Shown here: piece by piece, positions 9,123 through 17,975 of the stretch
How positions within the stretch are numbered: position 1 is the stretch's first letter
How the letters are laid out: each line of letters starts with the position of its first letter
NCBI GenBank assembly: GCA_905478905.1
Contig: CAJQKN010000123.1
Location: forward strand, 1 to 57,829
Origin: an uncultured Flavobacteriaceae bacterium
GTDB lineage: Bacteria > Bacteroidota > Bacteroidia > Flavobacteriales > Flavobacteriaceae
Direction: 5' to 3'
Length of the DNA stretch: 57,829 nt
The notes under the pieces: model-generated
The model's database searches: none
The model's input: the letters and a program-made list of their open reading frames with translations, nothing else
What the model was told of the DNA's origin: nothing
Position numbers and translations under genes: made by a program

Positions 9123-11360
9123 TTAGCCTTGCACCTTTGCTTTAAAAGCATCAAAGTCAGAATCGGCTTCTTTTTTAGGCCAAGCATTGTTGGTCAGGTC
9201 AACGTCTGCCGTTTCAGCATCTGGATCTATGGTTACCCCAATCAGTTCTTTGTCGGATGTTAAGAGTTTTTTTACAGAAGCGTCGTTCTTACGCCATACT
9301 TGAACTGGGTAAGTGATCCGCTCAGAAGTTCCATCTGCATAGCTGTATTCAACAATGATTGGCATTACAATCCCACCAGGTTTTTCGAATTCAATTTCAT
9401 AGAAATAGCTGGGCAGCTCTTGACCTTCCTTAAGCGCAGAGGCAAGTATTTCAGAATGATCTGCTGGTTTTCCTTCAGCCAAAGAGGCATCAAATTCTTC
9501 ACTGTCCTCGGCAACCATAAAGACCGATGGATTTAGATCATCTACAGTCATGCCATAGCGAGCCAGTAGTTCGTTTACTTCTTTACTTGGTTTTGGTGAA
9601 ACATAGTAACGTTTAACCTCTTTAACACCTATGTCAACAACATCTGTTGAATAGAACCAACCTCTCCAAAACCAATCTAGATCTACTGCAGAAGCATCTT
9701 CCATGGTGCGGAAAAAGTCTTCGGGAGACGGGTGTTTAAACATCCATCGCTGGGAGTATGTTTTAAAGGCAAAATCAAACAGTTCTGGCCCCATAATGGT
9801 TTCTCGCAAAATATTCAATGCAGTTGCCGGCTTTCCGTAGGCATTTGGCCCCAATTGAAAAACATTTTCAGGGTTAGACATTATAGGACTAATATAGTCT
9901 TGGTTGCCAGACATATAGCGCACAATTTTCGATGGATCCCCTCGGCGTGAAGGATAGCCTTCTTGGAATTCCTGCTCGGTGAGGTATTGCAAAAAAGTAT
10001 CCAAACCTTCATCCATCCATCCCCATTGACGCTCATCAGAATTAACAATCATAGGGAAATAATTGTGTCCTACCTCATGAATAATCACACTAATCATACC
10101 GTATTTTGTTCGATCAGAATAGGTTCCGTCTGGATTGGGACGTCCATAGTTCCAACAAATCATTGGGTATTCCATTCCTTGGTTTTTAGCATGTACAGAG
10201 ACCGCTTTAGGATAAGGATAGTCAAAGGTGTATTTGGAATACACCTCGAGCGTATGGGCGACGACACGGGTAGAGTATTCTTCCCATAATGGGTTTCCTT
10301 CTTTTGGATACAAAGAGGAGGCAATTATATTTTTACCCCCAACCTTGACTGCCATCATGTCCCAAATAAAACGTCTGGAGGTTGCAAAGCCAAAGTCTCG
10401 TACATTGTTGGCGATAAATTTCCAGGTTTTGTACTTAGTTGCCTTTACTTTTTCTTTCTCCACTACCTCATCTTGTGAAACAATAATTACAGGATTATCA
10501 AAAGTGTTCAATGCCTTTTTATAGCGCTGGTATTCGGTTTTGGTCAATACCTCTTTTGGGTTTTGCAAACTTCCTGTTGCTTCCATGATATGATCTTCTG
10601 GAACGCTAATGTTTACCTCATAATTTCCGAAATTAAGTGCAAACTCGCCATTACCCCAAAACTGGTAATTTTGCCAACCCTCAACATCATTGTAAACTGC
10701 TAAGCGTGGAAAAAATTGAGCTATTACATAGGCGCGATTGTCATCCTCTTCAAAGTATTCATAACCAGAGCGCGCACGGTCGACAACGTGATTATTGATT
10801 TTGTACCACCACTTGATCGAAAAAATGTATTGTTGCCCGCTTTGTAAAGCGGTTGGCAAGTCTACTCGCATCATGGTCTGGTTGATGGTATAACGCAATG
10901 GTTTCCCGTTAACGTCTTTCACTTCTTCTATATTGAATCCACCAACAAATTTCTCCGATGTAAACGCTTCAACAAAAGAATCTACCCCTTTGTATTTTGA
11001 CACTGAAGAAGGATTTTTTGCTCCTTCCATATCGTTCTCATTGCGTATGTTCTGATCGAGTTGAATCCAAAGATAGGGCAATGCATCAGGAGAGTTATTG
11101 GTATAGGTTATGGTTTCACTACCATATAATTTTGTATTGGCATCGTCTAAACGAATGTCCATTTTATAATCAACCTGTTGTTGATAGTAATCAACTCCAG
11201 GAGCTCCAGCAGCAGTTCTGTACCGATTGGGGGTAGCAAACTCTTGATACAATTGTTTAAACTTATTGTTGTTTTTATGCCCTTGTATTGCTGTTGAATC
11301 TTGTGCAAATGCAAAGGAGGCTAGAAACAGTGTCATTGAGGCAAATAGGTATTTTTTCAT
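9123..11360 (-). CDS. Secreted M1 family metalloaminopeptidase
   Basis: Signal peptide; GMEYP and HEVGH...MDEG zinc motifs. Confidence 0.93.
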   Translation of the reverse strand: MKKYLFASMTLFLASFAFAQDSTAIQGHKNNNKFKQLYQEFATPNRYRTAAGAPGVDYYQQQVDYKMDIRLDDANTKLYGSETITYTNNSPDALPYLWIQLDQNIRNENDMEGAKNPSSVSKYKGVDSFVEAFTSEKFVGGFNIEEVKDVNGKPLRYTINQTMMRVDLPTALQSGQQYIFSIKWWYKINNHVVDRARSGYEYFEEDDNRAYVIAQFFPRLAVYNDVEGWQNYQFWGNGEFALNFGNYEVNISVPEDHIMEATGSLQNPKEVLTKTEYQRYKKALNTFDNPVIIVSQDEVVEKEKVKATKYKTWKFIANNVRDFGFATSRRFIWDMMAVKVGGKNIIASSLYPKEGNPLWEEYSTRVVAHTLEVYSKYTFDYPYPKAVSVHAKNQGMEYPMICWNYGRPNPDGTYSDRTKYGMISVIIHEVGHNYFPMIVNSDERQWGWMDEGLDTFLQYLTEQEFQEGYPSRRGDPSKIVRYMSGNQDYISPIMSNPENVFQLGPNAYGKPATALNILRETIMGPELFDFAFKTYSQRWMFKHPSPEDFFRTMEDASAVDLDWFWRGWFYSTDVVDIGVKEVKRYYVSPKPSKEVNELLARYGMTVDDLNPSVFMVAEDSEEFDASLAEGKPADHSEILASALKEGQELPSYFYEIEFEKPGGIVMPIIVEYSYADGTSERITYPVQVWRKNDASVKKLLTSDKELIGVTIDPDAETADVDLTNNAWPKKEADSDFDAFKAKVQG

Positions 11361-11398
11361 TGGTATTGACGTTAAAATAGGGTTAAATATACTTTAAA

Positions 11399-11905
11399 TT
11401 ATTTCAATTCAAATTCTAGAGAATAAGCTTTATTTTTCAACAAAAAACTTTTCTTTTTTGTTGGTGTTTGAACGTGAAAGATATTTTGTTGATTTTCAAT
11501 GAAATCTAACAGAAAAGTACTCGCAAGCTCAAGACGACGAAACTCAAGAGTAAGAGAGGATATTTCTGCATAGATAACCAATAGATCATCTTGATATTCC
11601 CTTCCTAAATAGGATGTTTTTTGACTTATATCATTCACTCTGATGGTCAGATTATCGTTAAAAAACGCTTCAATGAACGCATCCGTTTCATCTGGATGGG
11701 AATCGGGAGAAAATACAACCTTACTGTTCTGCTTTTCTTGCATATAGGCTTCAATATCGTCTATAAAAAATCGACTTGTCAACTGTAATTGTTGTTTTTC
11801 AGGAACCCATTTCACCGTGGTTGTACTGAGATAAAAATCATGACTCGATACAAAAGACATTGAAAGCAGTACTGACAGTAAAATCAAGATCTTAGTTTTC
11901 TGCAT
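11399..11905 (-). CDS. DUF6702-like secreted protein
   Basis: Signal peptide then HDFYLS, RFFIDDIE, NQQNI. Confidence 0.75.
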   Translation of the reverse strand: MQKTKILILLSVLLSMSFVSSHDFYLSTTTVKWVPEKQQLQLTSRFFIDDIEAYMQEKQNSKVVFSPDSHPDETDAFIEAFFNDNLTIRVNDISQKTSYLGREYQDDLLVIYAEISSLTLEFRRLELASTFLLDFIENQQNIFHVQTPTKKKSFLLKNKAYSLEFELK

Positions 11906-12671
11906 AGGATTCGGTGTTAAAACGTTTAAAACTAGTCAGAACTTGTTCATGCATTCCTTTGTTATAAAGTTCAATAATCGGAAAGTTTTCGGAACAACTC
12001 AAAACAAAATCATAAATTTTATCTTGCGATAATCCATATTCTTGCTCAAAAAAGAAAACCCCATAAAACTTAATCATTGAAAAAATGGTTTCAAATTCTC
12101 CTTCTAATTTCCTTCGCTTTTTTAGTTTTTTATAATACCCCGAGAGGTGTTTGTAGACAGCATCAACATTGATTCCTCCTGAAATTGGCAACAATAAAGT
12201 GCTTAAAATAAGGCTTTTTGCTGAGACAATTTTCTCCTCGCGTTCTCCTTTAAAACCGGGTATGCCTACATCACTAAAATTGAGTTGCTTTGGAACACTT
12301 CTGAGGTCGCTCGAAAGATTACCGCTTAGTTCATGTGGTTTTACAACAACTTCATTGAGCTCGTTGACAAATTCTTCCAAGTAAACGGTTACTTCTGCTA
12401 GAGAAAAAATGTCTGCAGTGATAAGCAATTCTCGCTGCTTGAATTGAACACCAGAAAATAACAGCCACTCTCCCACTGCTATTGAGATTTCAAATTCTCC
12501 ATTAACATCTGTAATTTCGGCATTTCCACGACTAGCATTGATGACATGAATTCCCTCAACAGCCAGCCTTGGGTGGCTTACTTTTCCCTCCAACAAACGA
12601 TAGTTTTGCGCACTTAATCCACAAGGCAAAACAAACAATAGAATGGTGAAAAGTAATGGCCTTATTTTCAA
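11892..12671 (-). CDS. Carboxypeptidase-regulatory-like domain protein
   Basis: Signal peptide; HVIN...TDVNGEFEI...FSGVQF...NELNEVVV. Confidence 0.75.
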   Translation of the reverse strand: MKIRPLLFTILLFVLPCGLSAQNYRLLEGKVSHPRLAVEGIHVINASRGNAEITDVNGEFEISIAVGEWLLFSGVQFKQRELLITADIFSLAEVTVYLEEFVNELNEVVVKPHELSGNLSSDLRSVPKQLNFSDVGIPGFKGEREEKIVSAKSLILSTLLLPISGGINVDAVYKHLSGYYKKLKKRRKLEGEFETIFSMIKFYGVFFFEQEYGLSQDKIYDFVLSCSENFPIIELYNKGMHEQVLTSFKRFNTESYAEN

Positions 12672-13396
12672 CGAATTTTCTTCTTGTATTTTTCGCTCTG
12701 TAGGTATAGGTATTCGATCAATTGGAACTCCATGTCTTTTTTCAACAAACGATCACTGGGCAGAACGCGGTCCAGTTCTTCTAAAAAGCCAACAACTTCA
12801 TTAGTAGCTAGATCCAGATCTTTGGTAAAAAAGTCATCCTCAAAAATCAGTGGGAGAACTTTCGAGGGAACCAGTGTTCTTTTCTCTACATCTTTGTTGG
12901 CCGATACAGCTTTGGCTAAAAGTTTGGCTATGTTGATAATATTGAGCCCATTGGTCAACTGCCCTTGGGTAGTGATTGTATTTCGAACCCGAGTTGATTT
13001 ATCCTGTGTGTAATCCACCCGTGAAAATTCTTCCTTTTTTAAGTCTAAAAATTTTTCAGTATTCTCTGGACCAACGACAATTTCGTCTAAGAGAGTTGTT
13101 CGTTCGTTTATCTCAACCACTAAACGGTTTTTCTTTATTATTTCTTCGGTAACAACAACGCTTTTAATTTTGAATTGTACAGATGAAAAGATAATCTCAT
13201 CGCCAACTCTAGCAAGAATTTCAAATTCCCCTTCTCCATTGGTAATGGTATTGGTCAAGGCAGTGTTGTTGACCACATTTGCTGCAATTACATTGCTGTT
13301 TCTGTATAGCAACTTTCCTTTTAATGGGATGCGTTTTTCTTGGGCTGATACCAATAAAAAACAAAGGCTAAAAAAACTAGAGATTACAATTTTCAT
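12668..13396 (-). CDS. Carboxypeptidase-regulatory-like domain protein (paralog of the neighbour)
   Basis: Signal peptide; NVVN...TNGEGEFEI...FSSVQF...LDEIVV. Confidence 0.75.
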   Translation of the reverse strand: MKIVISSFFSLCFLLVSAQEKRIPLKGKLLYRNSNVIAANVVNNTALTNTITNGEGEFEILARVGDEIIFSSVQFKIKSVVVTEEIIKKNRLVVEINERTTLLDEIVVGPENTEKFLDLKKEEFSRVDYTQDKSTRVRNTITTQGQLTNGLNIINIAKLLAKAVSANKDVEKRTLVPSKVLPLIFEDDFFTKDLDLATNEVVGFLEELDRVLPSDRLLKKDMEFQLIEYLYLQSEKYKKKIR

Positions 13397-13474
13397 AAGA
13401 TAAAAATAAGAATTATCTTATGATTAACTCCTAAGGCTATGTTAATATAAAGGTGGAAACAAGGAGGAAGTTAG

Positions 13475-13547
13475 AGCGGGAGACCGGGCTCGAACCGGCG
13501 ACAATCAGCTTGGAAGGCTGAAGCTCTACCAACTGAGCTACTCCCGC
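13475..13547 (-). tRNA. tRNA-Gly(TCC)
   Basis: GCGGGAGTAGCTCAGTTGGTAGAGC-T-TCAGC-CT TCC AA-GCTGA...GGTTCGAGCC...CTCCCGCT; full cloverleaf, CCA not encoded. Confidence 0.97.
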
Positions 13548-13554
13548 ATTAGTA

Positions 13555-13562
13555 CAAATATA
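13555..13562 (-). promoter_or_regulatory. -7 box TATATTTG for tRNA-Gly
   Basis: TAnnTTTG 7 nt upstream of the mature tRNA 5' end. Confidence 0.75.
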
Positions 13563-13670
13563 GGGCATTTTCATCAAATTTCATTATTCCTAAAAAGCTG
13601 TATTTACAAAAAAAGAGTTGATAGGAAGGATAACCAAATTTCATTATGATAAATTCTGTACTTTCATGCT

Positions 13671-14126
13671 ATGATTAGTTCGATCAAAATTAGACCTATT
13701 TCTGCCAAAGAAACACATTTGGTTCGTCACCCAATGCTTCGAAAAAACAGACCCATTGAAGACTGTGTGTTTGAAGGAGATGATCTTGAAACCACCATTC
13801 ATATAGGTGCATTTCATGAATTTAGGTTGGTCGGAGTTGCTTCAGCTTTTTTACAACAACACGCCCAACTAAAAAGCAAATCAAGCTATCAAATAAGAGG
13901 AGTTGCAACAGTAGAACAATACCATCGTATTGGAATTGGTAAAGCACTAATGAAAGAAATCGAAGAGCAACTCACGAAAAAAAACGCTGAATTAATATGG
14001 CTGAATGCGCGTATAAATGCCGTTCCATTTTACAGAGCTTTGCACTACACAGCTCACGGAGAAGGATTTAATATCGCTCAAATTGGAATGCATTTTTGTT
14101 ACTTTAAACGCTTAAATGATGAATAG
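13671..14126 (+). CDS. GNAT family N-acetyltransferase
   Basis: QIRGVAT...RIGIGKAL, IWLNARINAVPFY. Confidence 0.9.
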   Translation: MISSIKIRPISAKETHLVRHPMLRKNRPIEDCVFEGDDLETTIHIGAFHEFRLVGVASAFLQQHAQLKSKSSYQIRGVATVEQYHRIGIGKALMKEIEEQLTKKNAELIWLNARINAVPFYRALHYTAHGEGFNIAQIGMHFCYFKRLNDE

Positions 14127-14829
14127 ATCTATCTTTTTCCTCTTACTCATTCCCTTTTTGGGATTTAGCCAAGATACACTGGACTTTGACAGCTCATTTC
14201 TAATGGGTAAAAAAGAAGGCCTTATTTCAAAAAATCTGGGTTTGCTTCCTCAGGTCGAGATGGCCTTTCTTGAAATGCAAAAAGCAGCAAGAAAAGACAG
14301 TATTGAACTTAAAATTGTTTCTAGTTTTAGAAGCTATGCAGCCCAAAAAAGAATTTGGAATAGAAAGTATTTGCGCTTTACCAATGAAGGACTTAGTCCA
14401 GAAAAAGCGATAACAAAAATAATTGAGTATTCAACCATTCCAGGCACTTCACGACATCATTGGGGAACAGAAATTGATGTAGTTGACGCTCAACCCCTGG
14501 TTGAAGGTGATGTTTTGTTGGAAGAACATTTCCATGATAGCGGCCCGTATGTAAAGCTTGGGAGATGGCTGACTGAAAATGCTGCAACCTATGGCTTCGA
14601 ATTGGTTTATACTAAAGATCGTTCTCGGAAAGGTTTTTTTTATGAGCCCTGGCACTATAGTTATTCTGCGCTATCCGTTGGGTTTTTGTCAACCTATTTA
14701 AAAGAAAAGCTGATTGATAAAATTGCAATTGACAGCAGCTTGCAGGGGAACTCCTATCTTTCGAAACCTTTTATGGATCGTTATTTAGAGGAAAATATTA
14801 AAGGAATTTCAACTCAGTTAAAAGACTAA
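14116..14829 (+). CDS. M15 family D,D-carboxypeptidase (VanY-like), exported
   Basis: SSFRSY..Q, PGTSRHHWGTEID, YEPWH. Confidence 0.9.
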   Translation: MMNRSIFFLLLIPFLGFSQDTLDFDSSFLMGKKEGLISKNLGLLPQVEMAFLEMQKAARKDSIELKIVSSFRSYAAQKRIWNRKYLRFTNEGLSPEKAITKIIEYSTIPGTSRHHWGTEIDVVDAQPLVEGDVLLEEHFHDSGPYVKLGRWLTENAATYGFELVYTKDRSRKGFFYEPWHYSYSALSVGFLSTYLKEKLIDKIAIDSSLQGNSYLSKPFMDRYLEENIKGISTQLKD

Positions 14830-14837
14830 CTTACGCA

Positions 14838-15599
14838 TCACCTGTTTCGCATAAACCCCATTAATCCTTCATAACGCCTTCTAGAAAGAGGAAGGGAATC
14901 TCCGTTAGACATTTCACAATAGTTCCCAGCACGTTTATTTATATTGATCAAATGGGATAGATTGATTAAATAAGAATTGTGTATTCTATAAAAAACCACA
15001 GGATCTAAAACGTGCTCATAATCTCCAATAGGCTTCGAAGAAGTAACTTTCCTTTTTTTATCCTTGAGATAAAATTCTGTATATCTTCCAGCCGACTTGA
15101 GGTAAACAACTTCTTCTGGATGAATAAAGTCGACTCGATCCATGCCAGAAATCATGATGAAATTTATGGGGTGTTTCGCATTGATAGATTGGGAAATCTT
15201 TTTTATACTGTCGATGTTTATTCCTTTACTTTGATCTATTTTATCAGAAACCTTGTCTACTGCCGCAACAAGTTCTTCAATAATAATTGGCTTCAAAAGA
15301 TAATCTATGGTATTGTATTTGAAGGCTCGAATTGCATACTCGTCATAGGCCGTAGTAAAAATAATTTGAAAGTCTGGGGCGTCCAATTCTTGCAATAAAT
15401 CAAAAGAGGTATCACGATCAAGCACTATGTCGAGAAAAACCAAATCTGGCTTTGCAGTTGTGAGGGTTTTATATGCTTCGTCATAGGTTAAACAGGAAGC
15501 TATGACCTCAATATTCTTGCAATATTTTTTGATGAAATGATTGAGAAGATCTAAATTATTTTTCTCATCATCAACAAGAACTGTTTTAAATATTTTCAT
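14838..15599 (-). CDS. LytR/AlgR family response regulator
   Basis: VLVDDE, FLDI, TTAY, YLLKP, FYRIHNSYLIN, LSRRR. Probable start ATG 15599. Confidence 0.93.
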   Translation of the reverse strand: MKIFKTVLVDDEKNNLDLLNHFIKKYCKNIEVIASCLTYDEAYKTLTTAKPDLVFLDIVLDRDTSFDLLQELDAPDFQIIFTTAYDEYAIRAFKYNTIDYLLKPIIIEELVAAVDKVSDKIDQSKGINIDSIKKISQSINAKHPINFIMISGMDRVDFIHPEEVVYLKSAGRYTEFYLKDKKRKVTSSKPIGDYEHVLDPVVFYRIHNSYLINLSHLININKRAGNYCEMSNGDSLPLSRRRYEGLMGFMRNR

Positions 15600-15609
15600 G
15601 AGAGTAAAT

Positions 15610-16395
15610 TTATTTTTTAGCCATAATTTTTGGAACAATTAAAACTGCTCGAGTTCCACATACCTTTCCTTTATCAAGAATATCTTCTAGGTAAAAAACA
15701 GATTTTGTTTTGTAGATATAATTCAAAACATCGATGCGCTCTTTCAAGATTTTTGTCGCATGAGATTTATGAACGTCTTTCCCCAATACATTGGATTTTA
15801 GTTTTTGACTTGCCGCCTTTCGACCCATTCCATTATCTTCAACATTTAAAACCAACGAATCGTCTGTATGCCTAATTTTTAGTTCAATCCAACCGTCTTC
15901 TTTTTGGTGGATCAATCCATGAATAATCGCATTTTCAACTATATGCTGAAGCAGCATGGGTGCAATCAAACAGATCTCTGGATTCATCTTGGTTTCAAAA
16001 GTGACACTAAAGTTAATTGGCCGCTCCAAACGAATATTTTGAAGGGCAATATAACCTTGTATATAATCAATCTCCTCGGCTAAGGTCATATTATCGGAAG
16101 AAGACATATCCAATGTTTTCCGTAACATCCTTGAAAAAATACCCACATACTGATTGGCCATCTCCTCCCCTTTGAGCATCAATACGCTTTGAATTCCATT
16201 AAGGGTGTTGTAAATAAAGTGAGGATTCATTTGCGCTTTCAACGATTGTGATTCAAGGCGGGCAATTTGATCACGGTAGGCTGCGCGTTGTCTGGATCGA
16301 TCTCGACCAAAAAACACAATGAGTGTAATGGTAATAAAATTACTCACAAACAGTGGAATCGCAATGTTGGAAGTTAATGAGAGCATTTCAAACAA
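15610..16395 (-). CDS. LytS-type histidine kinase with a single TM and no sensor domain
   Basis: LKAQMNPHFIYNTLN, VENAIIHG, VEDNGMG; start is TTG 16395 or ATG 16386. Confidence 0.88.
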   Translation of the reverse strand: MFEMLSLTSNIAIPLFVSNFITITLIVFFGRDRSRQRAAYRDQIARLESQSLKAQMNPHFIYNTLNGIQSVLMLKGEEMANQYVGIFSRMLRKTLDMSSSDNMTLAEEIDYIQGYIALQNIRLERPINFSVTFETKMNPEICLIAPMLLQHIVENAIIHGLIHQKEDGWIELKIRHTDDSLVLNVEDNGMGRKAASQKLKSNVLGKDVHKSHATKILKERIDVLNYIYKTKSVFYLEDILDKGKVCGTRAVLIVPKIMAKK

Positions 16396-16563
16396 ATAAT
16401 TTAGTGTGGAAAACCAAAAAACTGGTTTTCTTGTTTGAAATAAATATAATAAAGTATATTATATTATGCATGATTTAAGGGCAATAAAGTAGGTTTATTG
16501 GATAAATGTATAAAAAACTCATATCATTGTAATAATAATCTACTTTAAACAAAAACATAACCC

Positions 16564-16899
16564 ATGAAAAAAGAATATTACAATCCCGAAGATTTAAAGA
16601 AATTTAGCTCAATAAGCGAATGGAATAAGGAGTTAGGAGACAAATTTTTTGACTATTACTCAAGTGTTTTCAAAGAAGGGCACCTAACTGCTCGAGAAAA
16701 GTCTTTAATTGCTTTGGCAGTTTCTCATGTTGTACATTGTCCCTATTGCATCGATGCGTATACCAAGGATGGACTTGAGCGAGGAATCGAAAAGGAAGAA
16801 ATGATGGAAGCTGTACATGTAGGTGCAGCCATAAAAAGTGGCGCAGTTCTTGTTCATGGAGTGCAAATGATGAATCGACACGACCAATTAAGTATGTAA
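16564..16899 (+). CDS. AhpD/CMD-family peroxidase-like protein associated with arsenosugar biosynthesis
   Basis: LTAREKSLIALAV...CPYCIDAY; directly upstream of arsS. Confidence 0.88.
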   Translation: MKKEYYNPEDLKKFSSISEWNKELGDKFFDYYSSVFKEGHLTAREKSLIALAVSHVVHCPYCIDAYTKDGLERGIEKEEMMEAVHVGAAIKSGAVLVHGVQMMNRHDQLSM

Positions 16900-16904
16900 C
16901 CAAA

Positions 16905-17963
16905 ATGGCCACTAAATCACTAAAAGCACAACAAAGCGAACTCTCCAATACCCAACGACAATTGGAAATTTTATCCAATGGGATCTTTAAAAATGGGCAA
17001 CTACCCACTTTTAAACAAAAGTTAAAAGAGCACACCCTACCCCCAATACAACCGAAAAAACTATCCATTCTTCAAATCAATATTGGCTATATGTGCAACC
17101 AAGTCTGTGCACATTGCCATGTTGATGCAGGTCCAGATCGTAAAGAAATGATGAGCCGTACAACCATGGAAGAATGTATCGCAGTCATGGAAACAAACGA
17201 AATTGAAACTGTTGACTTAACAGGCGGAGCTCCTGAAATGCATCCAGAATTTCGTTGGTTTGTGGAACAAATTAGGGAGAGAACTTCAGTAAACGAAATC
17301 ATTGTGCGCTCCAATTTGACCATCATCATGGCCAACAAAAAGTACCATGATTTACCCGAATTTTTTGCCCAACACAAGGTACATATCATCTCTTCTTTAC
17401 CTTTTTACAAACGCGATAAAACCGACCGCCAAAGAGGGTCGGGTGTTTTTGATCAATCGATCAAAGCGCTACAAAAATTTAATCGTGTAGGTTATGGAAA
17501 AAAAGGTACCCAGCTACAACTTGAACTTGTTTATAATCCTTCAGGAGCTTTTTTACCTGGAGATCAAATGGCATTGGAAAACGATTTCAAAAAAGCATTG
17601 AGGGAGGATTTTGGCATTGAATTTAATCATTTGTTCACCATCACCAATTTACCCATAAGTCGTTTTTTAGATTATTTGATTGCCTCTGAAAACTTTGAAG
17701 AGTACATGCATGCTTTGGTCGATGCATTTAATCCTGCTGCTGCAAAAAATGTTATGTGTACCAATACTCTTTCGGTAAGTTGGGAAGGCTATTTGTTTGA
17801 TTGTGACTTTAATCAAATGCTTGAATTAAAAGTGGCCAGTAAGCATTCCCATATCCGTGATTTTAATGCAATTGAATTAGAACAACGCAAAATTCAGCTC
17901 TCTCAACATTGCTATGGCTGTACCGCTGGTGCAGGAAGCAGTTGCCAAGGAAGTATTGCCTAA
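16905..17963 (+). CDS. arsS: Arsenosugar biosynthesis radical SAM protein ArsS
   Basis: CNQVCAHCHVDAGP, DLTGGAPE, MCTNTLSV, DCDFNQML, C-terminal HCYGCTAGAGSSC. Confidence 0.9.
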   Translation: MATKSLKAQQSELSNTQRQLEILSNGIFKNGQLPTFKQKLKEHTLPPIQPKKLSILQINIGYMCNQVCAHCHVDAGPDRKEMMSRTTMEECIAVMETNEIETVDLTGGAPEMHPEFRWFVEQIRERTSVNEIIVRSNLTIIMANKKYHDLPEFFAQHKVHIISSLPFYKRDKTDRQRGSGVFDQSIKALQKFNRVGYGKKGTQLQLELVYNPSGAFLPGDQMALENDFKKALREDFGIEFNHLFTITNLPISRFLDYLIASENFEEYMHALVDAFNPAAAKNVMCTNTLSVSWEGYLFDCDFNQMLELKVASKHSHIRDFNAIELEQRKIQLSQHCYGCTAGAGSSCQGSIA

Positions 17964-17975
17964 TTATATGAATCG

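Noticed and set aside
13435-13444. 10-nt match (TAACATAGCC, minus strand) to the repeat upstream of the phoB-like gene
   Set aside because: No second half-site at 11-bp spacing; a single 10-mer match is not convincing
13397-13670. tRNA-Gly as an integration site for an island carrying the ars locus
   Set aside because: No integrase, and I saw no duplicated tRNA 3' end elsewhere in the window; the flanking genes look native
14116-14829. VanY-like gene as vancomycin resistance
   Set aside because: No other van genes are present; M15 carboxypeptidases are ordinary peptidoglycan enzymes
17910-17963. Selenocysteine in the ArsS C-terminal GSSxxG motif, as occurs in some homologs
   Set aside because: The codon is TGC (Cys) and the gene ends at TAA; there is no in-frame TGA
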